A stretch of 64,000 nt of DNA from Narcine bancroftii. Lineage: Eukaryota. Shown here one piece after another: positions 37,918 to 49,221 of this stretch. Where the stretch lies: NCBI RefSeq assembly GCF_036971445.1, contig NC_091474.1, positions 139,562,001 to 139,626,000 on the forward strand, written 5' to 3'. The position numbers were made by a program, and so were the translations under genes. The notes below the pieces were generated by a model, which saw only the letters and a program-made list of their open reading frames with translations, was not told the origin of the DNA and did no database searches. The number at the start of each line of letters is the position of its first letter. The stretch's first letter is position 1.

Positions 37918-40900
37918 TTTTTTTTTATATACTTTATTTAAGATCTAATAACATGAATAAAAAAGAAAGTTACAGTAAAAAGATTAAACATAAGATAATA
38001 AAAATTACAATACTACATCGGCAGAGTAAATAAACTAAACAACCCCAAATTAGTACACAACATTCTTTGGCTTGGCTTCGCGGATGAAGATTTATGGAGG
38101 GGGTAAATGTCCACGTCAGCTGCAGGCTCAATTGTGGCTGACAAGTCCAATGCGGGACAGGCAGACACGGTTGCAGCGGTTGCAGGGGAAAATTGGTTGG
38201 TTGGGGTTGGGTGTTGGGTTTTTCCTCCTTTGTCTTTTGTCAGTGAGGTGGGCTCTGCGGTCTTCTTCAAAGGAGGTTGCTGCCCGCCGAACTGTGAGGC
38301 GCCAAGATGCATGGTTGGAGGCGATATCAGCCCACTGGCGATGGTCAATGAGGCAGGCACCAAGAGATTTCTTTAGGCAGTTATTGTACCTCTTCTTTGG
38401 TGCACCTCTGTCACAGTGGCCAGTGGAGAGCTCGCCATATAACACGATCTTGGGAAGGCGATGGTCCTCCATTCTGGAGACGTGACCCACCCAGCGCAGC
38501 TGGATGTTCAGCAGCGTGGACTCGATGCTGTCGGCCTCTGCCATCTCGAGTACTTTGATGTTAGGGATGAAGGTGCTCTAATGAATGTTGAGGATGGAGC
38601 GGAGACAACGCTGGTGGAAGCGTTCTAGGAGGTGATGCGGTAGAGAACTCATGATTCGGAGCCGAACAGGAGTGTGGGTATGACAACAGCTCTGTATACG
38701 CTTATCTTTGTGAGGTTTTTCAGTTGGTTGTTTTTCCAGACTCTTTTGTGTAGTCTTCCAAAGGCGCTATTTGCCTTGGCGAGTCTGTTGTCTATCTCGT
38801 TGTCGATCCTTGCATCCGATGAAATGGTGCAGCCAAGATAGGTAAACTGGTTGACCGTTTTGAGTTTTGTGTGCCCGATGGAGATGTGGGGGGGATGGTA
38901 GTCATGGTGGGGAGCTGGCTGATGGAAGACCTCCGTTTTCTTCAGGCTGACTTCCAGGCCAAACATTTTGGCAGTTTCCGCAAAACAGGAAGTCAAGCAC
39001 TGAAGAGCTGGCTCTGAATGGGCAACTAAAGCGGCATCGTCTGCAAAGAGTAGTTCACGGACAAGTTTCTCTTGTGTCTTGGTGTGAGCTTGCAGGCGCC
39101 TCAGATTGAAGAGACTGCCATCCGTACGGTACCGGATGTAAACAGCGTCTTCATTGTTGAGGTCTTTCATGGTTCAGCATCATGCTGAAGAAGATTGAAA
39201 AGAGGGTTGGTTTCGAGAACACAGCCTTGCTTCACGCCATTGTTAATGGAGAAGGGTTCAGAGAGCTCTTTGCTGTATCTGACCCGACCTTGTTGGTTTT
39301 CGTGCAGTTGGATAACCATGTTGAGGAACTTTGGGGGGCATCCGATGCGCTCTAGTATTTGCCAAAGCCCTTTCCTGCTCACGGTGTCAAAGGCTTTGGT
39401 GAGGTCAACAAAGGTGATGTAGAGTCCTTTGTTTTGTTCTCTGCACTTTTCTTGGAGCTGTCTGAGGGCAAAGACCATGTCAGTAGTTCCTCTGTTTGCG
39501 CGAAAGCCGCACTGTGATTCTGGGAGAATATTCTCGGCGACACTAGGTATTATTCTATTTAGGAGAATCCTAGCGAAGATTTTGCCTGCAATGGAGAGCA
39601 GTGTGATTCCCCTGTAGTTTGAGCAGTCAGATTTCTCGCCTTTGATTTTGTACAGGGTGATGATGATGGCATCACGAAGGTCCTGAGGCAGTTTTCGTTG
39701 GTCCCAACAAAGCTTGAAAAACTCATGCAGTTTGACATGCAGAGTTTTGCCGCCAGCCTTCCAGACCTCTGGGGGGATTCCATCCATACATGCTGCTTTG
39801 CCACTTTTCAGTTGTTCAATTGCCTTATATGTCTCATCCTGGGTGAGGACCTCATCCAGCTCTAGCCTTAGGGGCTGTTGAGGGAGCTGGAGCAGGGCGG
39901 AATCTTGGACTGAGCGGATGGCGCTGAAAAGAGATTGGAAGTGTTCTGACTATCGGTTGAGGATGGAGATCTTGTCGCTGAGGAGGACTTTGCCGTCTGA
40001 GCTGCGCAGCGGGCTTTGGACTTGGGGTGAGGGGCCGTACACAGCCTTTAGGACCTCGTAGAAATCACTGAAATCGCCAATGTCCGCGCTGAGCTGGGTT
40101 CGCTTGGCGAGGCTAGTCCACCACTCATTTTGGATCTCCCGGAGTTTGTGCTGAAGATGGCTGCATGCGTGACGGAAGGCTTGTTTCTTCTCTGGACAGG
40201 ACGGCTTTGTAAGGTGAGCCTGGTGGGCAGCTCGCTTCTTCGCCAGCAGCTCCTGGATTTCCTGGCTGTTATCGTCGAACCAGTCCTTGTTTTTCCTGGA
40301 GGAGAAGCCCAGTACCTCTTCAGTGGATTGCAGTATGGTAGTCTTCAGCTGATCCCAAAGGGTTTCAGGGGACGAGTCCGTGAGGTGGATTGCATTGTCG
40401 AGCTTTGCTTTGAGGTTTGCCTGGAAGTTTCCTCTCACTTCGTCTGACTGCAGGTTTCCAACATTGAACCTCTTTCTGCGGGCTTTACTGTTCCTGGGCT
40501 TTGGCTTGAAGAGAACGTTGAGCTTGCAGCGAACCAGCCAGTGCTCAGTGTGACATTCCGCGCTGGGCATGACCCTGGTGTGGAGCACATCTCGTTTTCT
40601 CTTTCTCGCACCAGGACATAGTCCAGTAGGTGCCAGTGTTTGGATTGGGGATGCATCCAGGTAGTCTTCAGGCTGTCCCTCTGCTGAAAAAGGGTGTTTG
40701 TAATGACAAGCCGCTGTTCTGCGCAAAGCTCCAACAGGAGGCGCCCATTGTAGTTGCACTTGCCGACACCATGCTTGCCAAGGATTCCTGGCCAGGTTTC
40801 TGAGTCTTTGCTGACGCGAGCGTTGAAGTCGCCAAGGATGACAACCTTGTCGGCTGTAGGGGTGCGTTGAATGAGGTTGCGCAGGTCAATGTAGAACTTG

Positions 40901-42354
40901 TCCTGAGGCAGGTGGAGGTCCTGGTCCGGGCAGAGAGTTTGAGGCAGCATCCCCAGTCTGGGCACAGGGAAAGCAGCGGCAGCCCCGGGCCCGGTCCGGG
41001 CAGAGTGTAGGCGGTGGCGGCCCCGATCCTGGCAGTATGGACCGACCTAAGAGGGGAGGCAGACCCCTCCAGCCCGGGTAATAAAACTGTATAGGAGAAG
41101 GCCACTCCGATATAAAACCTACGACCCAAGGACCTCGCTGCCATGTCCCAGCTTGCTTGGCCACGGCACACGAACCATGGGTGTAAAGGGTGGGGCCAGT
41201 ACTGCGCGCACTGCACTCCACCTAAAAGCTCCTTTGCGCAGGCCCGAGGACAGGTCCATGTCCTCCCCCTCCACATCCTCTCCCTCCACGCCAAAAGATG
41301 CTCACAAACTCAAGCTAGCATGCTGGAACGTCAGAACCATGCTAGACAAGGCTGACAGCCACCGACCTGAACGTTAGTCTGCCCTCATTGCACATGAACT
41401 CCTCAGACTTGACATCGACATAGCCGCTCTCAGTGAAGTCCGCATGGCAGATGTAGGCCGCCTCCAAGAACGCGGCGCAGGCTACACACTCTACTGGTCT
41501 GGCAAGCCTTTGGATTAACGACGCCTATCTGGTGTAGGCTTCATGGTCAAGAACTCCATTGCCTCCAAACTTGAAAACCTCCCGACAGACCACTCGGACT
41601 GGATCATGTCCATGCAACTCCCCCTTCAAAACAAGCGTCACATCACCCTCATCAGTGTCTATGCTTCAACCCTCCAGGCAGAACCAGCAGAAAAGGACAA
41701 GTTCTACACAACATTAATGACCTAGCTTAAAGTTAGTCTAACCCCCACCACCCCCCCGAATTAAAGAGTGAAAGAGTGAAGAGTTAATAAAATGAACAAT
41801 AATTATATATTTAAAAAAAACCCTTACACAGAAAATAAAGATAAAACATAACAAATAAAGATACTAATATCAAAAAAAAGAAGAAAAAAAAATTATCAAT
41901 ACTAAAATATTAAACTTAAAAACATATTTAAATCAAACTTAAATGCATATATTTAGCAAACGGAGTCCACTTCAACCTATAAAAAGACATCTTATCCTGA
42001 ATTGAAAAAGATATCCTTTCCATAGTCAAACAGAACTTCATCTTCAAATGCCACCTATCTAAAGTTAATATATTTCTATCTTTCCAAGTAAGAGCTATAC
42101 ATTTCTTGGCCACAGCTAAAGCTAAATAGATAAAAGAAATCTGATAATCATGTAGGCCCAAATCAATTAATGATTGCATATTCCCTAATAAAAATATACC
42201 AGGATCTAATACAAGACAAATATTATATAAACTATTAAATATATATTGAATACCCTTCCAAAACTGTTGCAATCGATCACAAAACCAAACAGTATGCAAA
42301 AAAGTATTAGCCGTCTGGTCACAACGAAAACAGCAATCCGACTTATTAAGACCA
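37918..42354 (-). mobile_element. 5'-truncated L1 3' fragment (split by an RTE), TSD AATGTCAGCTTTT
   Basis: T-run (antisense poly-A) at 37918. Minus-strand L1 C-terminus HTVWFCDRLQQFW..AKKCIALTWK..MERI..KWTPF at 41928-42299. TSD copies at 37909-37921 and 42355-42367. Confidence 0.88.
38065..41704 (-). mobile_element. Near full-length RTE-clade LINE with inverted 5' part, TSD TACACAACATT
   Basis: 38065-40904 minus: APE C-terminal half (VILGDFNARV..HWHLLDY), RT (NYRGITLLS, ESQCGFR, FVDLTKAFD, GVKQGC, LLFADD) and C-terminus. 40905-41704 plus: 5' UTR and LKLACWNVRTMLD..ALSEVR..AEKDKFY. TSD at 38054-38064 and 41705-41715. A few stops and frameshifts. Confidence 0.95.
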
Positions 42355-42444
42355 AATGTCAGCTTTTCTGATATAATAATTAACTCCCTGTGTTTATGTC
42401 AGACAGCCTCTGCTCTAAGCCAGTATTTTTGTTGTGATTGATAG

Positions 42445-42615
42445 GTGGCTTAGATCCCCTGCTTAGGGGACTTTTGGCAAAACCAGCAAAACGGCAAGTG
42501 TCGAATCAAATAATGATTGAAGAGTTGACGGAGAAATTATTTGCTCTGACAAATGGTGTAGCTCTGGATCTGGCATCATTGAACCTTCAAAGAGGACGTG
42601 ACCATGGACTTCCTG
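42445..42615 (+). CDS. tpo: Thyroid peroxidase exon (equivalent to exon 10), 171 nt
   Basis: gatag acceptor, gtaaat donor. [51 protein letters not shown]. Confidence 0.98.
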
Positions 42616-43391
42616 GTAAATGAAAAGCCAGAACTGTTTCAACATGCAAATACGATTAAAATTTATCTCTGATATTTTTAACTCCATTCCACAAATAAGA
42701 AGTACCTCAAACTAACCTCAGATGTAATGAGAAGACGTATGTTTCAGTTTAATGCTTCATCGGTTCAAACTAAATTATTCAATGTCATTCCCTTCTGAAG
42801 ATGCTGCCTGACCTGCTGAATCCCTCCAACATTTTGGTTTTTGCCTCAGGTGTCAGCACCTGTTAACTCTTGGGGTTGTTCATGGGCTTTGTTTATACCT
42901 GTTTGTGAAATGGGTTGGGGCCTCCACTTTAAAAAGAGCATGCAGAGGCGACTGCATTAATTATTTATGCAGATACATCTTACTGGAATAAAATTACAGA
43001 GGAAATATTAATATCCCTGTCTTCTAGTTTACTTTTAAGAATCAATGTGGTAAGAAAGTATTTACTATATTTATTACAGTTCAAGACTCAACTTTCAATT
43101 AATTCCACCTTTTCGTCAGACCAACCAAGATAAGAATCTCCTGAATGTGTCTTAATCATGGAATGTTATATCATCGGTGAAGAGGACTGTGCTGGCTTTT
43201 CATAATTTCCCTCTCCTTTTCATAATGCCATGGGAGGATTTCCTCTTCAAATATTCATCTAGCTCCCTTTTGAAAGATATAATTCATATCACTTTCTACT
43301 ACCATTTCAACTCACTGCATGAAACGATGTTCCTCCTCTTTTCTCTGCTTATTTTGCCAAATGTAGCCTAATCCAAACACCCTCTGCTCTG

Positions 43392-43633
43392 TGTGGTGAT
43401 ATGTTTCCCTCATTGTATATAGTTATGATTAACTACTATATATATGGAGCTGGCCTGCACATGGATGACTCATACCCTATGACTCCTCCCCCATGGTCCT
43501 GGGCCATAAAGATAGAGCCACCTCTCCCTTCCCACCATTCCTATACCTGGATCCGGGCCAGCAAGGTTCTTCTGTACATTAAAGCCTATCGTTCCCTCAG
43601 CCTAGTCTTTGTGGTTACTGGTAGTGCACTGCA
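43392..43633 (+). mobile_element. Solo LTR with 5-bp TSD CTCTG
   Basis: TGTGGTG..TGCA termini, internal ATTAAA, ctctg at 43387-43391 and 43634-43638. Confidence 0.8.
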
Positions 43634-43729
43634 CTCTGGTTCAAAACTTGAACTTCCTGCAGCAAACGTTTTAATTTCCCCTACTATTCCTACACTGATA
43701 TATTTGTCCTCAGCTTCATTTAAAGGAGA

Positions 43730-43833
43730 AGCACCTGGAATTCCTACATGGCCTCCTCTCTAAGTACTGACCAGGCCTGAGGCTGCTTAGCTTCCGAGAT
43801 CAGGCAATCTCAGGCATATTCCAGTTATTAGGC
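43730..43833 (-). pseudogene. 5S rRNA-derived sequence (pseudogene or head of a 5S-derived SINE)
   Basis: Reverse complement ctgatctcggaagctaagcagcctcaggcctggtcagtacttagagaggaggccatgtaggaattccaggtgct aligns to the vertebrate 5S core. 5' part and box C are diverged. Confidence 0.8.
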
Positions 43834-43844
43834 TTCTTATTGCC

Positions 43845-44270
43845 AGGATGAGGCCAAATGTAAACTTGAGGAATAATCTCCTTCCTGGACAACCTTAAGT
43901 CTAATGGAGTGACCACTGATATTTCCAATTTTAAATAAACCCCATCCCAATTTGGTTCCACAATTTCCATCCCTTCTTTACTACTTTTTCTTCACCTACT
44001 TCATGTCATCTCTTTCATACTGCCTCCCTCCCTTCCCAGTGGTTTCTCCTGCTAACTATATCCGTCATCTTTCAGACCTTCTGTCCTATACCCTTATCAC
44101 CTCTGGGCACTTCCTCCCAACTTATTCCCCCTCTTAATATATGTATTTCAGCTTTTTAATCTTTATCTTAATCTTGCTCAAGTATCCTGACCTGAAAACT
44201 TGACTGACCATTTCTATCCATGGATGCTGTCTGAACTTCCGAGTTCCACCAGAAAATCTTTGTTTCAGCA
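43845..44270 (+). mobile_element. Penelope-like 3' remnant
   Basis: gaggccaaatgtaaacttgaggaa (EAKCKLEE), a pyrimidine tract, then cctgacctgaaaacttgactgacc..ggatgctgtctga. Confidence 0.6.
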
Positions 44271-44494
44271 AATTCTAATAGTTGAATATAACATAATTAT
44301 TTATAGATGCATCATATTTTATATTCTTTATGATTTTAATTGGGATTTATTGATTGGGTAAACACTTTAACTAACATAATGAAAATGGATCCATTAACCA
44401 CCCCAAAATATCAGCCAATCATTTAATTTCAGAACTGAAGTTTGGTTGTGGTCATTCCAAAGCTAACAAATTAGCAATTTTATGTTACTTCTAG

Positions 44495-44732
44495 GATATA
44501 ATGACTGGAGGGAATTCTGTGAACTTGAAAGATTGGAAACTAAAGATAATTTGAGGAAAGCAATATCTGATTTAGAGTTTGTTGAAAAGATCATGGATCT
44601 CTATGGGCACCCAGACAATCTCGACATCTGGCTCGGTGGCTTGGCAGAAGATTTTCTCCCTGGGGCCAGAATTGGCCCATTATTTGCTTGTTTAATTGGA
44701 AAACAAATGAAAGCTTTAAGAGAAGGTGATAG
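44495..44732 (+). CDS. tpo: Thyroid peroxidase exon (equivalent to exon 11), 238 nt
   Basis: tctag acceptor, gtgagt donor. [60 protein letters not shown]. Confidence 0.98.
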
Positions 44733-46440
44733 GTGAGTTTTCTGTGGTATTGCTCCATCCCAATCCAGTCACATATTCAGGCTGTTAGCACATGCTCTTC
44801 TGGAAAATATATTGGCCACCTTAATAAAGGTTAATCGAGATCTTTGAACCAGAACAAATAGAACTAAACAAAATCAGAAAATGGCAAATATTCCAAGCTT
44901 CTTTCCTTGGTAAGTGAAAGCTACTGACTTCAAAAGGATGCAAGTTGTCAGTGTTATTTTTGTTTCGTACTTTTACTATTAATAGTCTCAGCAATGTTGC
45001 TTTGTTCGCAATAACTTGCCAGTGGAAGCCCTGATGGTGGAACCTGCAGTTTTTTGGGTAAGGGTTATAAAAGACCTCTGTTTAGATCATGGAACAAAAA
45101 TTTCACGTATTACACGTCATGCCATCTAATAGGAAATGCTAATTCGTGTAGAACCCAGAGCAATATATGAAGGAGCTGAGTGGCCCCCAATAAGGATGCA
45201 CTAGACTTTGTCAGGGAAGTCCTTGCCCAAGGGCATTGTCGGAGGACAAGCACCAGGACTTCCTTTAAGGGCAATTAAAAACAGGCAATAAAAGGCAGCC
45301 TTGTCAATTAATATATTTTTAAAATTACATCTGTTAAGCAAAAACACATTTGTGAAAAATTGACATCGATCAGTGCAGTTTGTTGTACTGCTTAATTCTG
45401 AGTATTGTGCACAGGATATAATTTACCATGTTTTTTTTTAATTTCTTGGGGTTTTATGGCAGATTCAATCCCTGCAATTTTATTGTGATGAAACACAATG
45501 TGATCATATTTTAAAATGTGACTGGAGTTTTAAAGCAATTTATTGGCTGTCATGTTCATTAGGAAGCTCCAAGGCATGATAACCACAAAATAAATGCAAA
45601 TTGTTTCTTTCCCTAACCACAAGAAACAAAGCAATTACAGATTCTTCCCTTCTTCCCTCAGCAATCAAGAAGTACCTTGGAGACCTCTCAATGTGACAGA
45701 TAGTTGTTTCTCAAACAACTCTGATGTTTCCCTTCCACGACATTTTATTCCAGAATATTCCAAGTGTTGATCCTAATCTACGGTGACTTTAAGCTCCCAC
45801 ATGGTTTTGGTCCTTGGAAACTTGCTCGAAACCAAGGAATTTTTCTGTGACAAATGAACTCCCCCCCCCTCCCCCCCCCCCCCCCCCCACTCACCCCATC
45901 ATTGAATCTGGTTGTGTTTTAATGGAATTAGCTTCTTCTCGTCATTCAGCCTTGACTAAATTCAATAGTGGAGTTCTGAAAACATGCACTATGGATTGAG
46001 TTTATTTTATTCTGCCACTAACAGCCTCCTCTGGGGCATGGCACCTTTTGCACTCCAATGCTTGACAGTCTGTCATGAGGATCTGTGTGAAGTGACCACT
46101 GTAACCCTGGAATAGTTTGTGTTTAAAAGGAGGGTTCAGTGCCTTCAGTATTGACTGCAATCTAAATCATTCTTTAATCATTGTTTAGGAACCTTCCAGC
46201 ACTCAACATTCCCACACACTTCATTTGTTCTTCAAAAACATAACTATGATAAGTAAATGAAAATATGGGCTCTGGATGTACAAAGCAGCCTTCCTACGGT
46301 GGGAGTACTGGAGTGTGCAATGGTTTGAAACTAGTCCATAATTCAAATGATAAACTTGTGACACATAATCCTCCAACAAAATGAAGATGGCAATTCCATC
46401 AATTCCTCGCCTGTTACAAAACCTTCCCTGTGTTTCTTAG

Positions 46441-46649
46441 GTTTTGGTGGGAAAACCCTGGTCTCTTCACGTCCGCTCAACAGCAGGAACTTACTCGGCA
46501 CTCACTGTCACGTGTCATTTGCGATAACACTGCAATCGCTGAAGTGCCTCTGGATGCTTTTAGAATAGGGCCGTACCCACAGAACTTCGTGCATTGTGAT
46601 CAGGTTCCTGGACTGGGCCTCCAGGCGTGGCAAGAAAATCCTCCAAAAG
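46441..46649 (+). CDS. tpo: Thyroid peroxidase exon (equivalent to exon 12), 209 nt
   Basis: cttag acceptor, gtactt donor. FWWENPGLFTSAQQQELTRHSLSRVICDNT..VPLDAF..CDQVPGLGLQAWQENPPK. Confidence 0.97.
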
Positions 46650-46834
46650 GTACTTTGACTATTTGACCTTGTACAGGTCAGTTGATGATTTATCATGATT
46701 CACAGAAGAGCAGCAAACTGCCAGCCAGCAGAAATAAAGCGGTCATTACGATAAGATAACCATTTTGGTTATATTGGTTTTATTTTTCCGTTTCATGGCT
46801 AACTTGCTCCACTCCCTGTGGAAGGCCTCTACCT

Positions 46835-47125
46835 TTGGCGTGGCACAATGGCTGCTGCCTCACAGGGACTCAGGTTTCTTCCTGACCTCAGATGATGTCT
46901 ATGATTGCATGTTCTCCCTGTGACTGCACGGGTTCTCTGGTTTCCATCCTCCCCCTAAAGGTATGTGGGTTGCTCGTTTAATTGGCCACTGGAAATTGCT
47001 CTTCATCTCTTGGTGAGTGGAAGAATGTGAAAAGAGTTGATGGGAATGTGGGGAAATTAATAAAAAGGATAACTGTTATCGGATGCAGCGTGAACTTACT
47101 GGGCGTAGGACCTGCTTTCATGTTG
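46835..47125 (+). mobile_element. Older V-SINE
   Basis: gctgcctcacag..caggttt..cctgacctc..ttgcatgttctccctgtgactgcacggg..taattggccact. Confidence 0.65.
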
Positions 47126-47761
47126 CATGACTCTCCGAACCTTTGTCATTGAGGTCTTATGTGCTTTGTCAGCGGCTGCTTTCCCTTCATTCTCAGAAAC
47201 TTTCCACCCATTTAATCACGTCTGTGCTCTCCATTATCGTGGCAAGCTATCATTCAGGCCAAAACATTAGAACAAGCCCTGAACATTCGTGTCTCCAGAA
47301 TTTGACACTATTAATTAATCTTTGTGGACCAGCAGCTTTTTAACCTCCTTCCTAATTTCATTTGCTCCATGTTGGTTCGGTCACCCCTTTAAATTTCTTG
47401 CCCCACAATTGTTTAACATTATGACCTCCTCTCATAAGCCAGAATTAATGTGAATGTGAGGGACTGGAGGAAGGTTGGGCATGGATGTAAATAGGTGTTG
47501 TTAAGGGTTCTTTTCTTCTCCAATATAACTGATTTAACATTGCTCCTGCCCTATGTTGTCAGATTGACATTAAACAGAAGGATCAGGCTCAATTCTCCAA
47601 GGCATTATAAATCTGCTAATACTGTACATTGACATGGCAATATGAGTCATACAATGAAGCAAACTTGGACCTTATTCATCTTCAGAAGTCTTTTAGTCAG
47701 AGGCTTCATAAGTCATTAAATCTCATTTCCTGAAAGGACTGCAGAATCAGAATAACATTTA

Positions 47762-48000
47762 AATTGATACATGGTAACAGGTCACTTCAGCCCATAAGTC
47801 CGTGCCGCCCAATTTACACCCCATTAACCTACACCCCTGGCACATTTTGGAATGCTGGGAAGAAACCAGAGCCCCCGGGGAAAACCCACGCAGACATGGG
47901 GAGAATGTACAAACTCCTTTCAGACAGCGCAGGGCACAAACTCCAGTCTGGTCCCAAACGTTGGCATTGTAAAGGCTTTGTGCTAACCATTACAGTCACC
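47762..48000 (-). mobile_element. tRNA-derived SINE
   Basis: gaaaacccacgcagacatggggagaatgtacaaactcctttcagacagcg. Confidence 0.78.
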
Positions 48001-48294
48001 ATAATTTGATGCACCAATTGTTAAATAGTTGATTAGATTTTACTGTATCTTGTGCTCATTGTTTGCTTCTGTTATCAGAATAAAAATATCTCAGTGAAAG
48101 TTCTGGGGTTTAACAATTTATGAACAGTAGAGAAGGAAATATATTTTTATGAAGATCAAAGTTAGCCTCTTAAGGAAAGGAAAATCAGGTTGCAAAGTCA
48201 GGCCAAAATGTTATTCCTTGATAGAAGAAGTTTAAATAAGTACAGGAGGAATATGCTTCTTATAATTGTCATCTCCATTTTATATATATTTTAG

Positions 48295-48465
48295 TTGGAT
48301 CGTGTGGGCCTCCACCAGAAATAGAAAATGGTGTATTGGTGCTGTGCACCAGTTGTGGGCAATCTGTCATCTCATATAGGTGTCATCATGGTTTTCACTT
48401 GCTTGGGCCAGAGGAATTGACCTGCAGCATCGGAGGATGGAGCAGTGATCCGCCAGTCTGCACAG
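48295..48465 (+). CDS. tpo: Thyroid peroxidase exon (equivalent to exon 13), 171 nt; CCP/sushi domain (absent from the ORF track)
   Basis: tttag acceptor, gtaaa donor. VGSCGPPPEIENGVLVLCTSCGQSVISYRCHHGFHLLGPEELTCSIGGWSSDPPVCT; phase 1-1. Confidence 0.95.
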
Positions 48466-49221
48466 GTAAAAAATAGTACTTTTAGTTTCTATGCACCAAC
48501 TGAAACAATCCATAAAAAATTGCATAAATTCAATAACCTATGTTTATTTAATCTGAATTACCAAAGTGAAATGCCAATACTTTGCTGCTCTTTGCAGCAA
48601 TAATTTTCAAACTCAAATCGAGAGGATTTGATTTTAAATAAATCACTGGTTGCTTTATGAATGTTGATCTGCAAACCACTGGAATGGAACACAGCTGAAG
48701 TTTTAATGTTCAATATGTGAGGTAGTGGTGTGGAAATGATAGAACGCTGTACTCTGAAATGCTGACTATCATTAATTATTGCTTATCTTTTGATCAGTTG
48801 TATCTGGTTCAGGTTGGTCTCCTTAATCTATTAGTAGCACTGCACAAATATCCTAAGGCCAGCTTAGTCCTTTCCAAGTCACATATGGTGGAACATAAAT
48901 TCAAGAGATACCTACAAATGGCTTATTGGCAACATACAGCTGTGCATGGCGGCTTGGAAAAGTGAACTCAGCAAGAGTTGCGAGATAGAAGCTCTCACTG
49001 ATGTTAAGGATAATTGCTTGGTTAAAGCTCCTCAGTGAAGCTGCCTATGGCCAAACATCTCCAGCTGCTTCTTCAGTTGTTTTATGTTCTCCCATTGCTA
49101 AATAAATAAAGACAGTGTGGGCAAGTCAGACGTCTAAACCGGGTGCCTCCAGGTCCAGTTTCCATTACATAAGCCAATGCCAGAAAATTAAACTTGCATC
49201 ATTGCAACTCAATTGAGGATC

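Noticed and set aside
40668-41377. Overlapping GC-rich ORFs as a novel gene or CpG-island promoter
   Set aside because: They are the inverted RTE 5' UTR and APE region read in other frames.
45861-45889. Poly-C tract (PPPP ORF, potential G-quadruplex on minus)
   Set aside because: Simple homopolymer that is error-prone in assembly; no evidence of function.
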